From an uncultured Pseudomonadota bacterium (lineage in GTDB: Bacteria > Vulcanimicrobiota > Vulcanimicrobiia > Eremiobacterales > Eremiobacteraceae): a stretch of DNA of 64,000 bases. The stretch spans positions 1,728,001 through 1,792,000 of the forward strand of contig CAVTNB010000001.1 in NCBI GenBank assembly GCA_963736005.1. The letters run 5' to 3'. A model generated the notes under the pieces. It did no database searches. It was not told the DNA's origin and saw only the letters and a list, made by a program, of their open reading frames with translations. The translations under genes and the position numbers were made by a program. Below are positions 9,656-19,336 of the stretch, piece by piece. Each line of letters opens with the position of its first letter. Position 1 is the first letter of the stretch.

Positions 9656-11308
9656 ATGTCTGTCGACATCGACCTCAACGAGGCCTTGAGGCGTCACTTC
9701 GGTTATCGCCATTTCTATTCGGGCCAAGAAGAGGTCATCCATCGGGTTCTCGAGGGTAAGGACACGTTGGCAATTCTGGCGACTGGTGCAGGCAAATCGC
9801 TCTGCTACCAACTGCCCGCATTGTTACTCCCCGGAACGACGGTCGTGGTCTCGCCGCTCATCGCGCTCATGAAAGATCAGCTCGACATGCTGGCGGATGC
9901 AGGCATCAGCGGCACGATCGCTCTCAACAGCACGTTGACCGAGGATGAGGAAATCTCTCACCTCGAGCGCATCGCGCGCGGTAATTTGAAACTCATTTAC
10001 GTCACGCCCGAGCGGCTCGAGGACGAGAGCTTCGTCGATCTGATCAAGCGTTTGCACATTCCACTGTTCGTGGTCGACGAGGCGCATTGCATCTCTCAGT
10101 GGGGTCACGATTTTCGCCCCGCATATTTGAATTTGGGCCGCGTCATTGCTGCCCTCGGACATCCAACCGTGCTCGCGTTGACCGCCACAGCGACACCCGC
10201 AGTCCGTGAAGACATCGTCATGCAGCTCGGCATCCAAAACGCCAAAGCCATCGTGCGCGGCTTTGACCGCCCGAACCTCGTCTATGAGGTGGCGCGGACC
10301 GCAAGTGATGAAGACAAACTGCGAGTGTTGCGCAACAAGCTTGGAGGCCCCCTGCGCAACTCGCTTGGGATCATCTATACCGCCACGATCAAAAATACGT
10401 ACGCCGTCTCTGAGTACTTGCGCGAGGAGCTGGGTATCGACGCGGACGTGTACCATAGCAAGCTGCAAAAAGCGGAACGAGATCGCGTTCACGACCATTT
10501 CATGAATGAAGACGTTAAAGTGGTCGTCGCCACGAATGCCTTCGGCCTGGGCATCGACAAGCCCAATATCCGTTTCGTGATTCACTATGATTTGCCGGGC
10601 AGCGTCGAAGCATATACCCAAGAGGCCGGACGGGCGGGTCGAGATGGTCAGGAGTCGCTCTGTCTTTTGCTCTATCGCCAAAGCGATACGCGGGTGCAAA
10701 ATTACTTCTTAACCGGTAAATACCCAGACGTGGAGGAAGTGCAAAAAGTCTACGGGACGCTGCAGTACTTCGAGCAACAGGATAACGGCGTTTCCCTCTC
10801 CGATCTGCGGAAGATCTCCCAATTGCCGCTCACCAAGCTCAAAGTGATTCTCGCGTTGCTCAAAAAGGGCGGGTTCATCCGCAACGTTTCGAAGGGCATG
10901 TACGGCTTGCCACCAGAGGTCAAAAAGCGCGCCGAGCGTTCTCTCAATCTCGCGAGTTACGAAACGAAGAAATCGTACGACCAGAGCAAGCTCGCGATGA
11001 TGTTGCAATATTGCGAGACACGCAGTTGCCGGCGCAAATTCATCCTCAACTATTTTGGGGAGGAATTCGATCGCCCGAACTGCGGCGCGTGCGACAACTG
11101 TCTGGCAGCGTTGGCCAAAGGGCCGGTGGTAGTGCTGAGCGAGGAAGGCATCGAATTCCGCATCGGCGATGTCGTCCATCATCCGAAGTTTGGCCAGGGT
11201 ACGGTCGAACGAGCAGAGCGAGATTTAGTGACCGTTCTGTTTCCAAGCCACGGCTATAAGACGCTCCTGGCCACCGCCGTCACTCGACAAGTGCAGCAAA
11301 TCGCCTAA
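9656..11308 (+). CDS. recQ: RecQ-family DNA helicase, no HRDC, with C-terminal Tudor-like domain
   Basis: [35 protein letters not shown], zinc-binding CRR...CGACDNC. Confidence 0.92.
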   Translation: MSVDIDLNEALRRHFGYRHFYSGQEEVIHRVLEGKDTLAILATGAGKSLCYQLPALLLPGTTVVVSPLIALMKDQLDMLADAGISGTIALNSTLTEDEEISHLERIARGNLKLIYVTPERLEDESFVDLIKRLHIPLFVVDEAHCISQWGHDFRPAYLNLGRVIAALGHPTVLALTATATPAVREDIVMQLGIQNAKAIVRGFDRPNLVYEVARTASDEDKLRVLRNKLGGPLRNSLGIIYTATIKNTYAVSEYLREELGIDADVYHSKLQKAERDRVHDHFMNEDVKVVVATNAFGLGIDKPNIRFVIHYDLPGSVEAYTQEAGRAGRDGQESLCLLLYRQSDTRVQNYFLTGKYPDVEEVQKVYGTLQYFEQQDNGVSLSDLRKISQLPLTKLKVILALLKKGGFIRNVSKGMYGLPPEVKKRAERSLNLASYETKKSYDQSKLAMMLQYCETRSCRRKFILNYFGEEFDRPNCGACDNCLAALAKGPVVVLSEEGIEFRIGDVVHHPKFGQGTVERAERDLVTVLFPSHGYKTLLATAVTRQVQQIA

Positions 11309-13017
11309 TGGGGTCGGGCGCGCTTTTTCGATTGCGCGTGCTTGTGCTTGCCGCCGGCGCCGCGGCGCTGCTCACGTGGAGTAGTTGGCAAGCCGCCCGT
11401 CCGAGCTCAAACGCGCAACCGAGCGAAGCTCCGTCGGCCTCTCCAGCTGCGGCGGCGTCCGTTTCGCCCACTCCAACACCCGGTGAGTCGACGCAGCCAT
11501 CAAGCTCCCCGGGGCCCAGTGAGTCGCCGACCGTCGCGCCGACCCTCATCCCGTCATCGCCGCAACCCGTGCAGCTCGAGCAAGCTTCGCTTGTGTTGAT
11601 CCTCGGTCGAAGCACATCTGTCACTGTGAGCTCGCCACCCAGTGGCGTTCTGATGCTCTCAGGATTCGACCCGACGATCGTGCGCGCGATTTTCAATCCC
11701 ATCGACCGGACGATTGACGTGTCAGCCCTCCACACGGGGTCGACGACCATTACCGCAACTGACAGCTTCGGTCTGAATGCAACGCTTGCGGTCTCGGTCC
11801 TTGCTTACGCAGGTAAGGCATATCCCTCGACGTCGGTGACCATCACCGGAGACCCAGCCTCGTCAAGCTACGTGGCGGAGGCAGCCGCCGCCGCGGCACA
11901 GCTTGTGGCTTATCCGCAGCCCGGCGCGCACGTCATTGCAGCGCCCCAAGACGTGCGCGGGAACATCGAACTCGCACCCGACAATTCCGTGTCAGTGACC
12001 GTTCCGTTATCCATGGCCGGACCCGGCTACGCTCCCTATCATCAAGATATCAGGGTCCTGGTGACGAATCTCGCGCAGCCGGGAATCGGGCCAAAGAATT
12101 TGCTCGTGTCCGACTTTCCCGAAACCATCGTCGAGAACGGCACCCTCTTTTATTCCGACGTGACGTTCGAGCAACCAGCACGTCTGCTGTACTACCACTA
12201 CGCCAACTCGGCTTCGCAGCCGCGCATGGTGGTGGTCAAAGCGCAAAACAACGGCATCGAGTCGAGCCTGCTGGAGTTGATATCGGGCATCGCCGGTCCC
12301 AACGCCAACATTCTTGCTGTGGGCCATGAATCGACGAAGCGTTTCTTGGTCAACGAAGCCGCAAGCCAAGGACAAGTGTTCGAAGTGCCTGCGCATGCAA
12401 CGGTGAACGTCGTCGATCAACTGTTGCCTGCGGGCACGCTTGTCAGCGGTCTGATGCAACTGCGCGTGATTTCCGGCAGCGGCGTCCGCGTGGCAGTCGT
12501 CGTGCAAGACGCCTCCGAGATTCCCGTCGGCCCGATATCGGACACGCTGCTCTCGAGCGCGGTCAAACACGCTCGCGGCGTCTATTCAGTTCCGGATTTT
12601 TACTACGACCTCTCCTATAGCGTAGGAAGCGATCCCGCGGTGCTCCTTATCGGGAAACTACCTTTGCCGAATCTTGTGCAAGGCGAGGTGTTGGGAGGCG
12701 ACTACGGGGTGAAGCAATCCGCGTCGCTGACACTGCTCAATCCAACCGGAAGCGACGCGCGGGTAGGCATGTGGTTCGAACCACGCGGGGGCCGCGCAAC
12801 CGGTACCTTTTTGATCAATGGCGAGCTCGTCCAGCTGCACCCGGTCGAATTCGGAAGGCCGGCACTCGTTCGAGGTTTTGAGGTACCGGCACATGGTTAC
12901 CAGCGCGTCAATATCGTGACCATGCCTGAAGGCGGATCGTCGTATCCGGTGAGAGTGCTCTTTGCGTCGCAACCGCCGCCTAATGCCAGTTGGGATATCT
13001 CTTCGTCCGTGTATTAG
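11308..13017 (+). CDS. Exported hypothetical protein: Pro/Ser-rich linker, Ig-like segment and beta-rich C-terminal domain
   Basis: Signal or TM segment, PS-rich linker, 569-aa ORF coupled to recQ by TAATG. Confidence 0.7.
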   Translation: MGSGALFRLRVLVLAAGAAALLTWSSWQAARPSSNAQPSEAPSASPAAAASVSPTPTPGESTQPSSSPGPSESPTVAPTLIPSSPQPVQLEQASLVLILGRSTSVTVSSPPSGVLMLSGFDPTIVRAIFNPIDRTIDVSALHTGSTTITATDSFGLNATLAVSVLAYAGKAYPSTSVTITGDPASSSYVAEAAAAAAQLVAYPQPGAHVIAAPQDVRGNIELAPDNSVSVTVPLSMAGPGYAPYHQDIRVLVTNLAQPGIGPKNLLVSDFPETIVENGTLFYSDVTFEQPARLLYYHYANSASQPRMVVVKAQNNGIESSLLELISGIAGPNANILAVGHESTKRFLVNEAASQGQVFEVPAHATVNVVDQLLPAGTLVSGLMQLRVISGSGVRVAVVVQDASEIPVGPISDTLLSSAVKHARGVYSVPDFYYDLSYSVGSDPAVLLIGKLPLPNLVQGEVLGGDYGVKQSASLTLLNPTGSDARVGMWFEPRGGRATGTFLINGELVQLHPVEFGRPALVRGFEVPAHGYQRVNIVTMPEGGSSYPVRVLFASQPPPNASWDISSSVY

Positions 13018-13022
13018 GTCCG

Positions 13023-13051
13023 TTGTCATCGCTTTGTCATGTGGCTCTCAT
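13023..13051 (+). promoter_or_regulatory. OmpR/PhoB-type tandem direct-repeat operator (Pho-box-like)
   Basis: TTGTCAT-cgct-TTGTCAT-gtgg-CTCTCAT, three heptamers at 11-bp period. Confidence 0.6.
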
Positions 13052-13080
13052 CAACATTTTAACTGCTGGACCGGCTTGGC

Positions 13081-13107
13081 TGAAACCAAACGCGAATGCA
13101 TTGCGTC
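13081..13107 (+). promoter_or_regulatory. ECF-sigma-type promoter
   Basis: TGAAAC-N17-CGTC about 40 nt upstream of the ATG at 13150. Confidence 0.5.
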
Positions 13108-13149
13108 AAACGGTTAGACCCCAAAATTCTCCTAGGAAAGGCATGACCC

Positions 13150-13530
13150 ATGAATCGCAAAGTTTTCGCAGTCTTCGGTCTCGTCGGCTTGCTCGCCAGC
13201 TTCACTGCCCGCGCCGATGCAGCCGTTTTCTACATCTACCGACCAGTGCCCGTGACGGTGCCCGTGCCCATCACTGTGCCCGTCGTTGCCTTTGACGCTG
13301 ACGACCGCTTTACCGGAGCCTACGATGTCCAGGGCGTGGTGACGTCGTTTGTGCCCTACCATCTCACCATGCGTATCAACGATCGTGAGTACCCCGTGCT
13401 CTTGCACGATGGGACGATCATCAATCCACTCGGTACGACGCTGGCCCCCAGCATGATTGTCAACGTCGCTGGCTGGTGGGACCGTTTCGGCGTGTTTCAT
13501 GCCAACCGGATCAACGTTCTCCGCTTCTAA
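13150..13530 (+). CDS. Small exported beta-rich protein of unknown function (OB-fold/DUF5666-like)
   Basis: Signal peptide ending ARA/DAA, motif LHDGTIINPLGTTLAPSM, AGGAAAGG SD, own terminator. Confidence 0.75.
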   Translation: MNRKVFAVFGLVGLLASFTARADAAVFYIYRPVPVTVPVPITVPVVAFDADDRFTGAYDVQGVVTSFVPYHLTMRINDREYPVLLHDGTIINPLGTTLAPSMIVNVAGWWDRFGVFHANRINVLRF

Positions 13531-13569
13531 ATCACAAACAACCTTAACCCAGACGAGACTGACCGAAGA

Positions 13570-13602
13570 GATCGCGCCACATGAAGGGCGCGATCCCTTT
13601 TT
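13570..13602 (+). terminator. Intrinsic terminator
   Basis: GATCGCGCC-N8-GGCGCGATC stem followed by CCTTTTT. Confidence 0.7.
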
Positions 13603-13628
13603 GCGCCGCTGACCCATGACATCAAACG

Positions 13629-14660
13629 CTAGGCCAACTCGCGATAAAGGCCAACCAGCCGCTGGGCAACGGCAGTCCAAGTAAACTCTCGCGCCCGCAT
13701 TTGGCCGCGCTCCAGCATCGGGCGCAGCGCCGCGTCATCCCGCAGTACTCGCGTGAGAGCATCAGCAAATGCCCGTTCGTCGCCCGCCTTCGCGAAGAGC
13801 GCGCAGTCACCTAAGACTTCGTGGAGCACGGGTATCGCCGACGCGACCACCGGCAGCCGCGCCGCGATCGCTTGAAGCGGCGGCAGACCGAAGCCTTCGT
13901 AGCGCGATGGAAAAACGAGGACCCTTGCTTTGGCGTAGAGCGTGCGAAGGGTCGGCTCATCAACGTATCCACGCAGATGCACCCGATGGGCAACACCAAT
14001 TTCCTCCGCGACGCTTTGGACTCTTTGAGCATACGGTGTCTGCGCGCCAACGCTCACGAGCGCAAGCGCCGGCACGTGAACAAGGGCTCGCACGGCGGTT
14101 TCCAAGTCCTTTCGCGCCTCGACGGTTCCAACCGCAAGCGCGAACGGCGGATCCTCGGGCTCGCGCGCGATCGCGAACCATTCTTCGTCGACACCCGCGC
14201 CGGCGATCGCGATCTTTTCAGGCCCGATCCTTAAGCGGGCGACGATCTCGTCGCGCGCCGTCGCCGTGTCCGCCGCGATGCGATCCGCCTTACGCACCAA
14301 AAGGCGCTGCGCCGTCGCAAAATACGCTCGGCTGTAGAACTTCCCTCGCACCGCGCCGCTCAACCACGCAAGGTCATGGAGCGTCAGGACGCATGGATGC
14401 GGAGACCAAAGCGATAGGGTACCGCCCGTAAAGTGGGTGACGTCTACCCGCAGCTTTCGGGCAACCCGTGGTGCGATCACTTGATCCCACCATACGCGGC
14501 GGTCAAACCGCCAGATATCGACACCCGGCTGAAAGATTTCCAGCAAGACAACATCCGCGCGTTGGCGCAGCGCAGCGGCGAGCTTGCGAGCGTAGGTGCC
14601 GAGCCCGGTCGGGGTTCCGAACGCAAATTGCGTTTCGAGCGCCACGCGAATGGGTTTCAT
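13629..14660 (-). CDS. Glycosyltransferase family 4
   Basis: TLHDL, VGTVEARKD, FPSRYEGFGLPPLQA; ATG 14660. Confidence 0.9.
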   Translation of the reverse strand: MKPIRVALETQFAFGTPTGLGTYARKLAAALRQRADVVLLEIFQPGVDIWRFDRRVWWDQVIAPRVARKLRVDVTHFTGGTLSLWSPHPCVLTLHDLAWLSGAVRGKFYSRAYFATAQRLLVRKADRIAADTATARDEIVARLRIGPEKIAIAGAGVDEEWFAIAREPEDPPFALAVGTVEARKDLETAVRALVHVPALALVSVGAQTPYAQRVQSVAEEIGVAHRVHLRGYVDEPTLRTLYAKARVLVFPSRYEGFGLPPLQAIAARLPVVASAIPVLHEVLGDCALFAKAGDERAFADALTRVLRDDAALRPMLERGQMRAREFTWTAVAQRLVGLYRELA

Positions 14661-15381
14661 GGCGCGTTTTTTGGTCACCCTGCATGCGTCGGAGCGCGGC
14701 TTGTGCGTCTGGCTGATCCGGATGAATGCGCAGGAGCCGTTCGAACGCTGCTCGCGCCTGTTGCTGATTGCCAAAACGCAGTTGGGCAAAACCGTAGGAC
14801 AAGAGGTAGTCCTCATTGAGCGGTGCCAAGTTCGACGCCTTGGAAAAAGCATCGACGGCAAGACGACCACGCGTACGTGCCAGAGCAGGGTCGGCGGCGG
14901 CCAAGGCAGCCGAAACTTGAATCGTTCCCGTCGTTGCGTACGCGGCCGCGAGGTCCGCACGGTCGATAAAATTGTTGTGCAGTCGCTTGATCAACGCGGC
15001 TTCAATGGCGAGCGCCGCGTCGTAGTTCCCCTCCCCGGTGAGATGCCTGGCAACCTCAGCGGTTCGGCCAACGGCCTTCGCTGCAATGTAGCGATCGATC
15101 GCTTCATCCATGCGACCCATAGCCGCCAGTGCGTCGCCTTCCTCGGCCAGGCACGCCAGCCCGCACGCGGCTCGCTCGAATTCTGCGAGCGCTTCTTTTG
15201 GGTCGCGATCCATGAGGGCACGGCCGCGATCCTCGTGCAGCAGTCCCCAGTTTGGCTCTAGGCGAAGGCCCGCATTAAACCGTGCGATCGCCTGCTGGGT
15301 GTTGCCCACAAGCAAGGCGCGGTTGCCCGCATCGTCATCCCACCATGCCCGCAGCGGGTTCAGGAAAAGAACTCCCAACAC
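14503..15381 (-). CDS. Membrane-anchored TPR protein (both ends uncertain)
   Basis: TPR-like repeats; hydrophobic N-terminal segment extends upstream of the first canonical start; C-terminus overlaps GT4 by 158 nt. Confidence 0.7.
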   Translation of the reverse strand: MLGVLFLNPLRAWWDDDAGNRALLVGNTQQAIARFNAGLRLEPNWGLLHEDRGRALMDRDPKEALAEFERAACGLACLAEEGDALAAMGRMDEAIDRYIAAKAVGRTAEVARHLTGEGNYDAALAIEAALIKRLHNNFIDRADLAAAYATTGTIQVSAALAAADPALARTRGRLAVDAFSKASNLAPLNEDYLLSYGFAQLRFGNQQQARAAFERLLRIHPDQPDAQAALRRMQGDQKTRHETHSRGARNAICVRNPDRARHLRSQARRCAAPTRGCCLAGNLSAGCRYLAV

Positions 15382-15434
15382 AATGACGGCCGCAACGCAT
15401 AGCCACGTTGCGGTTCGCTTGGAAATCCTTGACG

Positions 15435-16721
15435 CTAGAATTTGACGCTGAAGTAGAGGTTCTGGCGATTCTCTGTCCAGTTCGACAATGGGGCAGCATC
15501 GTCAGTATATACGTTGCGGTTGAAGAACAGATTGATCGAAGAGTTGGACTTTGGGATGTTGTAGACGAGGCCACCGGCGTACGCCGTGGTGTGCTGCGTC
15601 AAGCTTTGCGTCAGCGTATTGAGGTCGACGCTCCCTGCAAGCTGTTCGGAGAAGCTCCCTTTCACGGTCAATCTCGACGTCACCGGCACCGCGACTGAGG
15701 CTGCACCAACGTATTGTTGCAGATCGGTCGAACTAGGATACAGAACGATCGGCCCAGCTGCCGTCTGCGTCATCGGTATACCGCTCGGCTGATTGAATGC
15801 GCTGGGATCGAACGCAGTACCATTGGTTTGCTGTAGTGTTTGATACAATCCGTCAAGGCTCACCGTGGCTCTCCGGTTGAGGAGCGGCAACGCCAATGTC
15901 AAACCGCCGTTGAACGAATTGTAGTTCGAAGCCGACGCGAAGGCAGGACCGAGAATCTGGTTTGCGAGCGACAACGGCTGCATGGACGTCAGCGACTGTT
16001 CGCCCAGCCGCACCTTGACGCCGAATTTCGCCAATCGCAGCGGGATGCTCAGTTGCACCGAGGAGCCTTGCAACGAGGGCGTATAGCCACCATACCAATA
16101 GGGGCCCTGCGCCGAAAGCGAGCTCACGAGGGGAAACGCCAGGAAACTCGTCGCCGCGGCGTCTGCATCTTGGCGGCCGGTGGCATTCGCTTCCGCCGCC
16201 AGCGCGCCGTTGGCTTGACCAGCAAGTCCGAAGGTGTTGCCCAGCGTCGAACCCGACCCCACTTGTGGAAAATTGTAAAAGGCGAAGACGGCCGGCCCCT
16301 GCGACGCAAACTGGGTAGATCCGGGAGCGTGCAAGTTTGGCGAAGCGTTTTCGAGACTGACCGAACTTTCCGCCCCGAAAAGTTTGAACTTGAGGCCAAG
16401 CACCGAAGCATCAACAGCGGCGAAGGACGGTTGCGCAGCGGAAGAATCGAATGGTTTGGAAATCTCACCAAAGAGCTGCGGAGCAGTCGAACTGGTTGCT
16501 AGCGGAAGGGTGAATTGCAAGCCAGAAGCCGAGCCGGAAAGGGCGTTTGCATTTTGATCGGCGCCGGGGAACACGACGACATCGCCGTGGTTGGATGTGT
16601 CGAGAATTCGGCCAATGGAAAGGCCAGCGGCGTTCGACGAATCGTCGGCGCGGGCTGCGGAAGAGAAGACAGCAACCGCCGCGGCCACGGCGACGGCACC
16701 CAACAGAATCCCCCGCTTCAA
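15435..16721 (-). CDS. Putative outer-membrane beta-barrel protein
   Basis: TTG 16721 with GAGGAGG SD, signal peptide ending AARA, alternating beta strands, C-terminal beta-signal NLYFSVKF. Confidence 0.75.
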   Translation of the reverse strand: MKRGILLGAVAVAAAVAVFSSAARADDSSNAAGLSIGRILDTSNHGDVVVFPGADQNANALSGSASGLQFTLPLATSSTAPQLFGEISKPFDSSAAQPSFAAVDASVLGLKFKLFGAESSVSLENASPNLHAPGSTQFASQGPAVFAFYNFPQVGSGSTLGNTFGLAGQANGALAAEANATGRQDADAAATSFLAFPLVSSLSAQGPYWYGGYTPSLQGSSVQLSIPLRLAKFGVKVRLGEQSLTSMQPLSLANQILGPAFASASNYNSFNGGLTLALPLLNRRATVSLDGLYQTLQQTNGTAFDPSAFNQPSGIPMTQTAAGPIVLYPSSTDLQQYVGAASVAVPVTSRLTVKGSFSEQLAGSVDLNTLTQSLTQHTTAYAGGLVYNIPKSNSSINLFFNRNVYTDDAAPLSNWTENRQNLYFSVKF

Positions 16722-16902
16722 AGCGACCCTCCTCGAGTCATAATACTTCAACTTTGTTCGGCCGTCTGTGCGCGCCGCGACAGGTCGTGCGTCATGACTA
16801 GCCACTGACACCGCTTCACATGTTCGCCCGCTCACGCTTTCGGCGGGCCTCAGTTCCATCCCCTGCGACTTTTGGGTCCAGGCCAGTCCGCGCCCTATGA
16901 AA

Positions 16903-17310
16903 TCAGGCTTTTGGTGCTGTTTCGCGGGCCTGATAACGCTCGATGATAAGCAGCGCAGCGTAGCCGTCCAGCGGTTCTTTCGGAACGAGGAGTCCGCGTG
17001 GAACAAGCCGCCACAATCCTTTGGGCGGATGGTCTTCATAGTATCGTCGGCGCGCTTCGAGACTCGTGTTGCGTTCGTCCACGAGGGTCACCGGAAGTTG
17101 TGGCCAGCGCTCGTGAATGATTGCCATCACGAACTCTGACTTCGTCGCATTGCCGACACAGACCATACGGATGTTTCCATTTTTCACGTCATGCGCGAGG
17201 CGCGCCACAAGGCTCCCCGTCGGAACGATTTCGAGTGCCAACCTTGCGCCATCCACCGAGAGCACGGCGTAGCCGCACTTCATCAGACCCGGATCGACTC
17301 CGACGTACAT
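16903..17310 (-). CDS. YqgF/RuvX-like RNase H-fold nuclease
   Basis: YVGVDPG..KCG, VGNAT, VDERNTSLEARRRY, DGYAA. Confidence 0.82.
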   Translation of the reverse strand: MYVGVDPGLMKCGYAVLSVDGARLALEIVPTGSLVARLAHDVKNGNIRMVCVGNATKSEFVMAIIHERWPQLPVTLVDERNTSLEARRRYYEDHPPKGLWRLVPRGLLVPKEPLDGYAALLIIERYQARETAPKA

Positions 17311-17335
17311 GCTTTGCGCGTCTGGCGGGTTGCCG

Positions 17336-18253
17336 CTATTTGGAGGAGACGGTGAGCTCGGCACTGAGCGGGCCTGCGGCGTAGATGTCGGTTGCCGCGA
17401 CGGCTTTGACGACCGCGGGACCGGCATTCGCGACCAATTTGGTGACGGCGCGATTGAAAACGTCCGGATCGGTCGTGGGATTATCAGCAAGCATGGGCGG
17501 CATTCCGTGATCGATGGCACTGTGGCTGATCGCGGTATTGAGGTTGAACAGCGCGGCTTGATCCGCGCTGATATTTCGACCATCGGCGACCGTTACTGAC
17601 GCAATGATCTCACCCTTGCGGTAGATCAACCCGTCTTTGTAGACCTGGAGCGAAAACTTCCAAGGGCCGCCGCGGAAGATGTTTTCACCCGCCACCGGGA
17701 TGACGATTGCCTGGGTAGGCTGCAGCGATTTGATATAGGCGGCGGTTTGCTCGATCTTTGCTTTGGCATCCGCGCTACTCACGCTCGTCCGGTATGGCTG
17801 CACGGGGAAGTTGCGCGAAAGATTCGCGACGCCCTGGAAAAGCAGTGACAGCCTGTCTTCGATCTGCGGCAGCGAATCGGTCGACCTCACGATGAATGCC
17901 GGCGTGAGGGCTTCGCCCGCGCGCAGCACGACCGGGTCTTGCAAGAGCTGATCCCGTTCGTTCGTGAGGTTCGCGATCTGCGCGTTGAGTTTCGCGATGG
18001 AGAAAAGCGCTTGGCGCGCGTCCTGCGAGACGAGCAAGAGAACACCGACGACCAAGAGCGCAATGATCATGCCGAAGCCAATGGCAAACAGCGTGCTCGT
18101 GTAACGCGGGCGCAGCCCGAAGAGCGTCATGCGCCGGCGACCCACCAAATGTCCGACGCGGTCGCCGATGTAGGCGATCACGCCTGCCACCACAACGATG
18201 CCGACGATGGTTAGAAACGCGCCAAGATCCGGAAACGAAATTGTAAGAAACAT
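17336..18253 (-). CDS. DUF3084-family membrane protein
   Basis: GVIAYIGDRVG..VGRRRMTLFGLRPRYTS signature; located after lptF/G. Confidence 0.8.
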   Translation of the reverse strand: MFLTISFPDLGAFLTIVGIVVVAGVIAYIGDRVGHLVGRRRMTLFGLRPRYTSTLFAIGFGMIIALLVVGVLLLVSQDARQALFSIAKLNAQIANLTNERDQLLQDPVVLRAGEALTPAFIVRSTDSLPQIEDRLSLLFQGVANLSRNFPVQPYRTSVSSADAKAKIEQTAAYIKSLQPTQAIVIPVAGENIFRGGPWKFSLQVYKDGLIYRKGEIIASVTVADGRNISADQAALFNLNTAISHSAIDHGMPPMLADNPTTDPDVFNRAVTKLVANAGPAVVKAVAATDIYAAGPLSAELTVSSK

Positions 18254-19336
18254 CTACACGCTCGCTGCCTGGCGCAACAGCCAGATCCCGGTGAGTGAGA
18301 AGACGACATTCGGTAGCCACGCCATGACAAGACTGGTCGAGGGGTTGGATTGCCCAATCGCGAGGCAAATGGTCGTCACGACATAGAACGCAAATACGAT
18401 CGCGATGCTGATCCCAAACCCCGCTCCGGATGACGAGCGTTGCGGTCGAATGCCGAGCGGAATAGCCAGAAGCGCAAAGACCAGGCACGCGAACGGGCGC
18501 GCGAGTTTGCTGTGGTAGGTGACGAGCAATCGCGCATACCGAGAAGCATCCTTGGCCTTGACGTCGCCTTGCAACAGGGTACGGATTTCCGCGCGACTCA
18601 TGTCCTCCGGCTGTTTGCCTTGCTCGATAAGCTGGCTTGGATCGGCACCAATGTCGATCGAAAGCTGTGGATTGTCGATTCTTTCACAACACGGGTCGAG
18701 CACGTATTCTGTCGCATCGAAAAATTTCCACGAGTTGCCGTGATACGCCCCTCGCGGGGCAAAAAGGAGCGAGAGGGGCGTGGAGCCGCGGAAGACCTCG
18801 ATCGTGGTATTCTGCAGCTCGTCTTTTTTTGGGTCGAACCCTTGCGCCATGGTGAGCTGCCGGTCGCCATTGGGGAGCGACGTGTTGACAATTTGATCCG
18901 TGAGAATCTGCGTGCCACCCGATTGAATCTCGCTGCGCAGAATCTCCTCGGCCTTCGTGGTGGCCGTCGGCACGATGATTTCCTGGAACCACAATCCGAC
19001 GAGCGAAGCAGCGAGTCCGACGGCTACCATCGGCGCAGCGATGCGGTACACGCTGATGCCGCCAGCGCGCATGGCTGTGATCTCAGAGTCTCCCGATAAC
19101 CGGCTCATAGCCAGCAACACGGCGAGCAACATCGACATCGGAAACGTCAAGACAAGCGTTGCCGGCAACGTATAGACAAAGTATTTTCCAGCGGCCAGGA
19201 GGCTAGCGTGCTCTTCGGAGACGAGACGCGCGATATTGAGGAGCTCGCCCGCCACGAACAACAAGGTGAAGGCAGCCAAGCCAAAGAGAAAAGGACCGCC
19301 AAGCGTCTGCACCATGTAGCGGTCGAGGATCTTCAC
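18254..19336 (-). CDS. lptG: LPS export permease LptF/LptG
   Basis: KILDRY, DSEITAMRAGGIS, AWLPN; follows lptB; F versus G not distinguishable. Confidence 0.88.
   Translation of the reverse strand: MKILDRYMVQTLGGPFLFGLAAFTLLFVAGELLNIARLVSEEHASLLAAGKYFVYTLPATLVLTFPMSMLLAVLLAMSRLSGDSEITAMRAGGISVYRIAAPMVAVGLAASLVGLWFQEIIVPTATTKAEEILRSEIQSGGTQILTDQIVNTSLPNGDRQLTMAQGFDPKKDELQNTTIEVFRGSTPLSLLFAPRGAYHGNSWKFFDATEYVLDPCCERIDNPQLSIDIGADPSQLIEQGKQPEDMSRAEIRTLLQGDVKAKDASRYARLLVTYHSKLARPFACLVFALLAIPLGIRPQRSSSGAGFGISIAIVFAFYVVTTICLAIGQSNPSTSLVMAWLPNVVFSLTGIWLLRQAASV

Noticed and set aside
11390..11570. Pro/Ser-rich repeats here and at 57770-57930 as DNA repeat elements
   Set aside because: Low-complexity protein linkers without exact nucleotide periodicity
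16735..16900. Riboswitch or hammerhead in the leader of the beta-barrel gene (GCCCGC...GCGGGC stem, CTGAGG, GAAA)
   Set aside because: Does not match c-di-GMP, c-di-AMP or hammerhead core consensus as far as I can judge; an Rfam search would settle it
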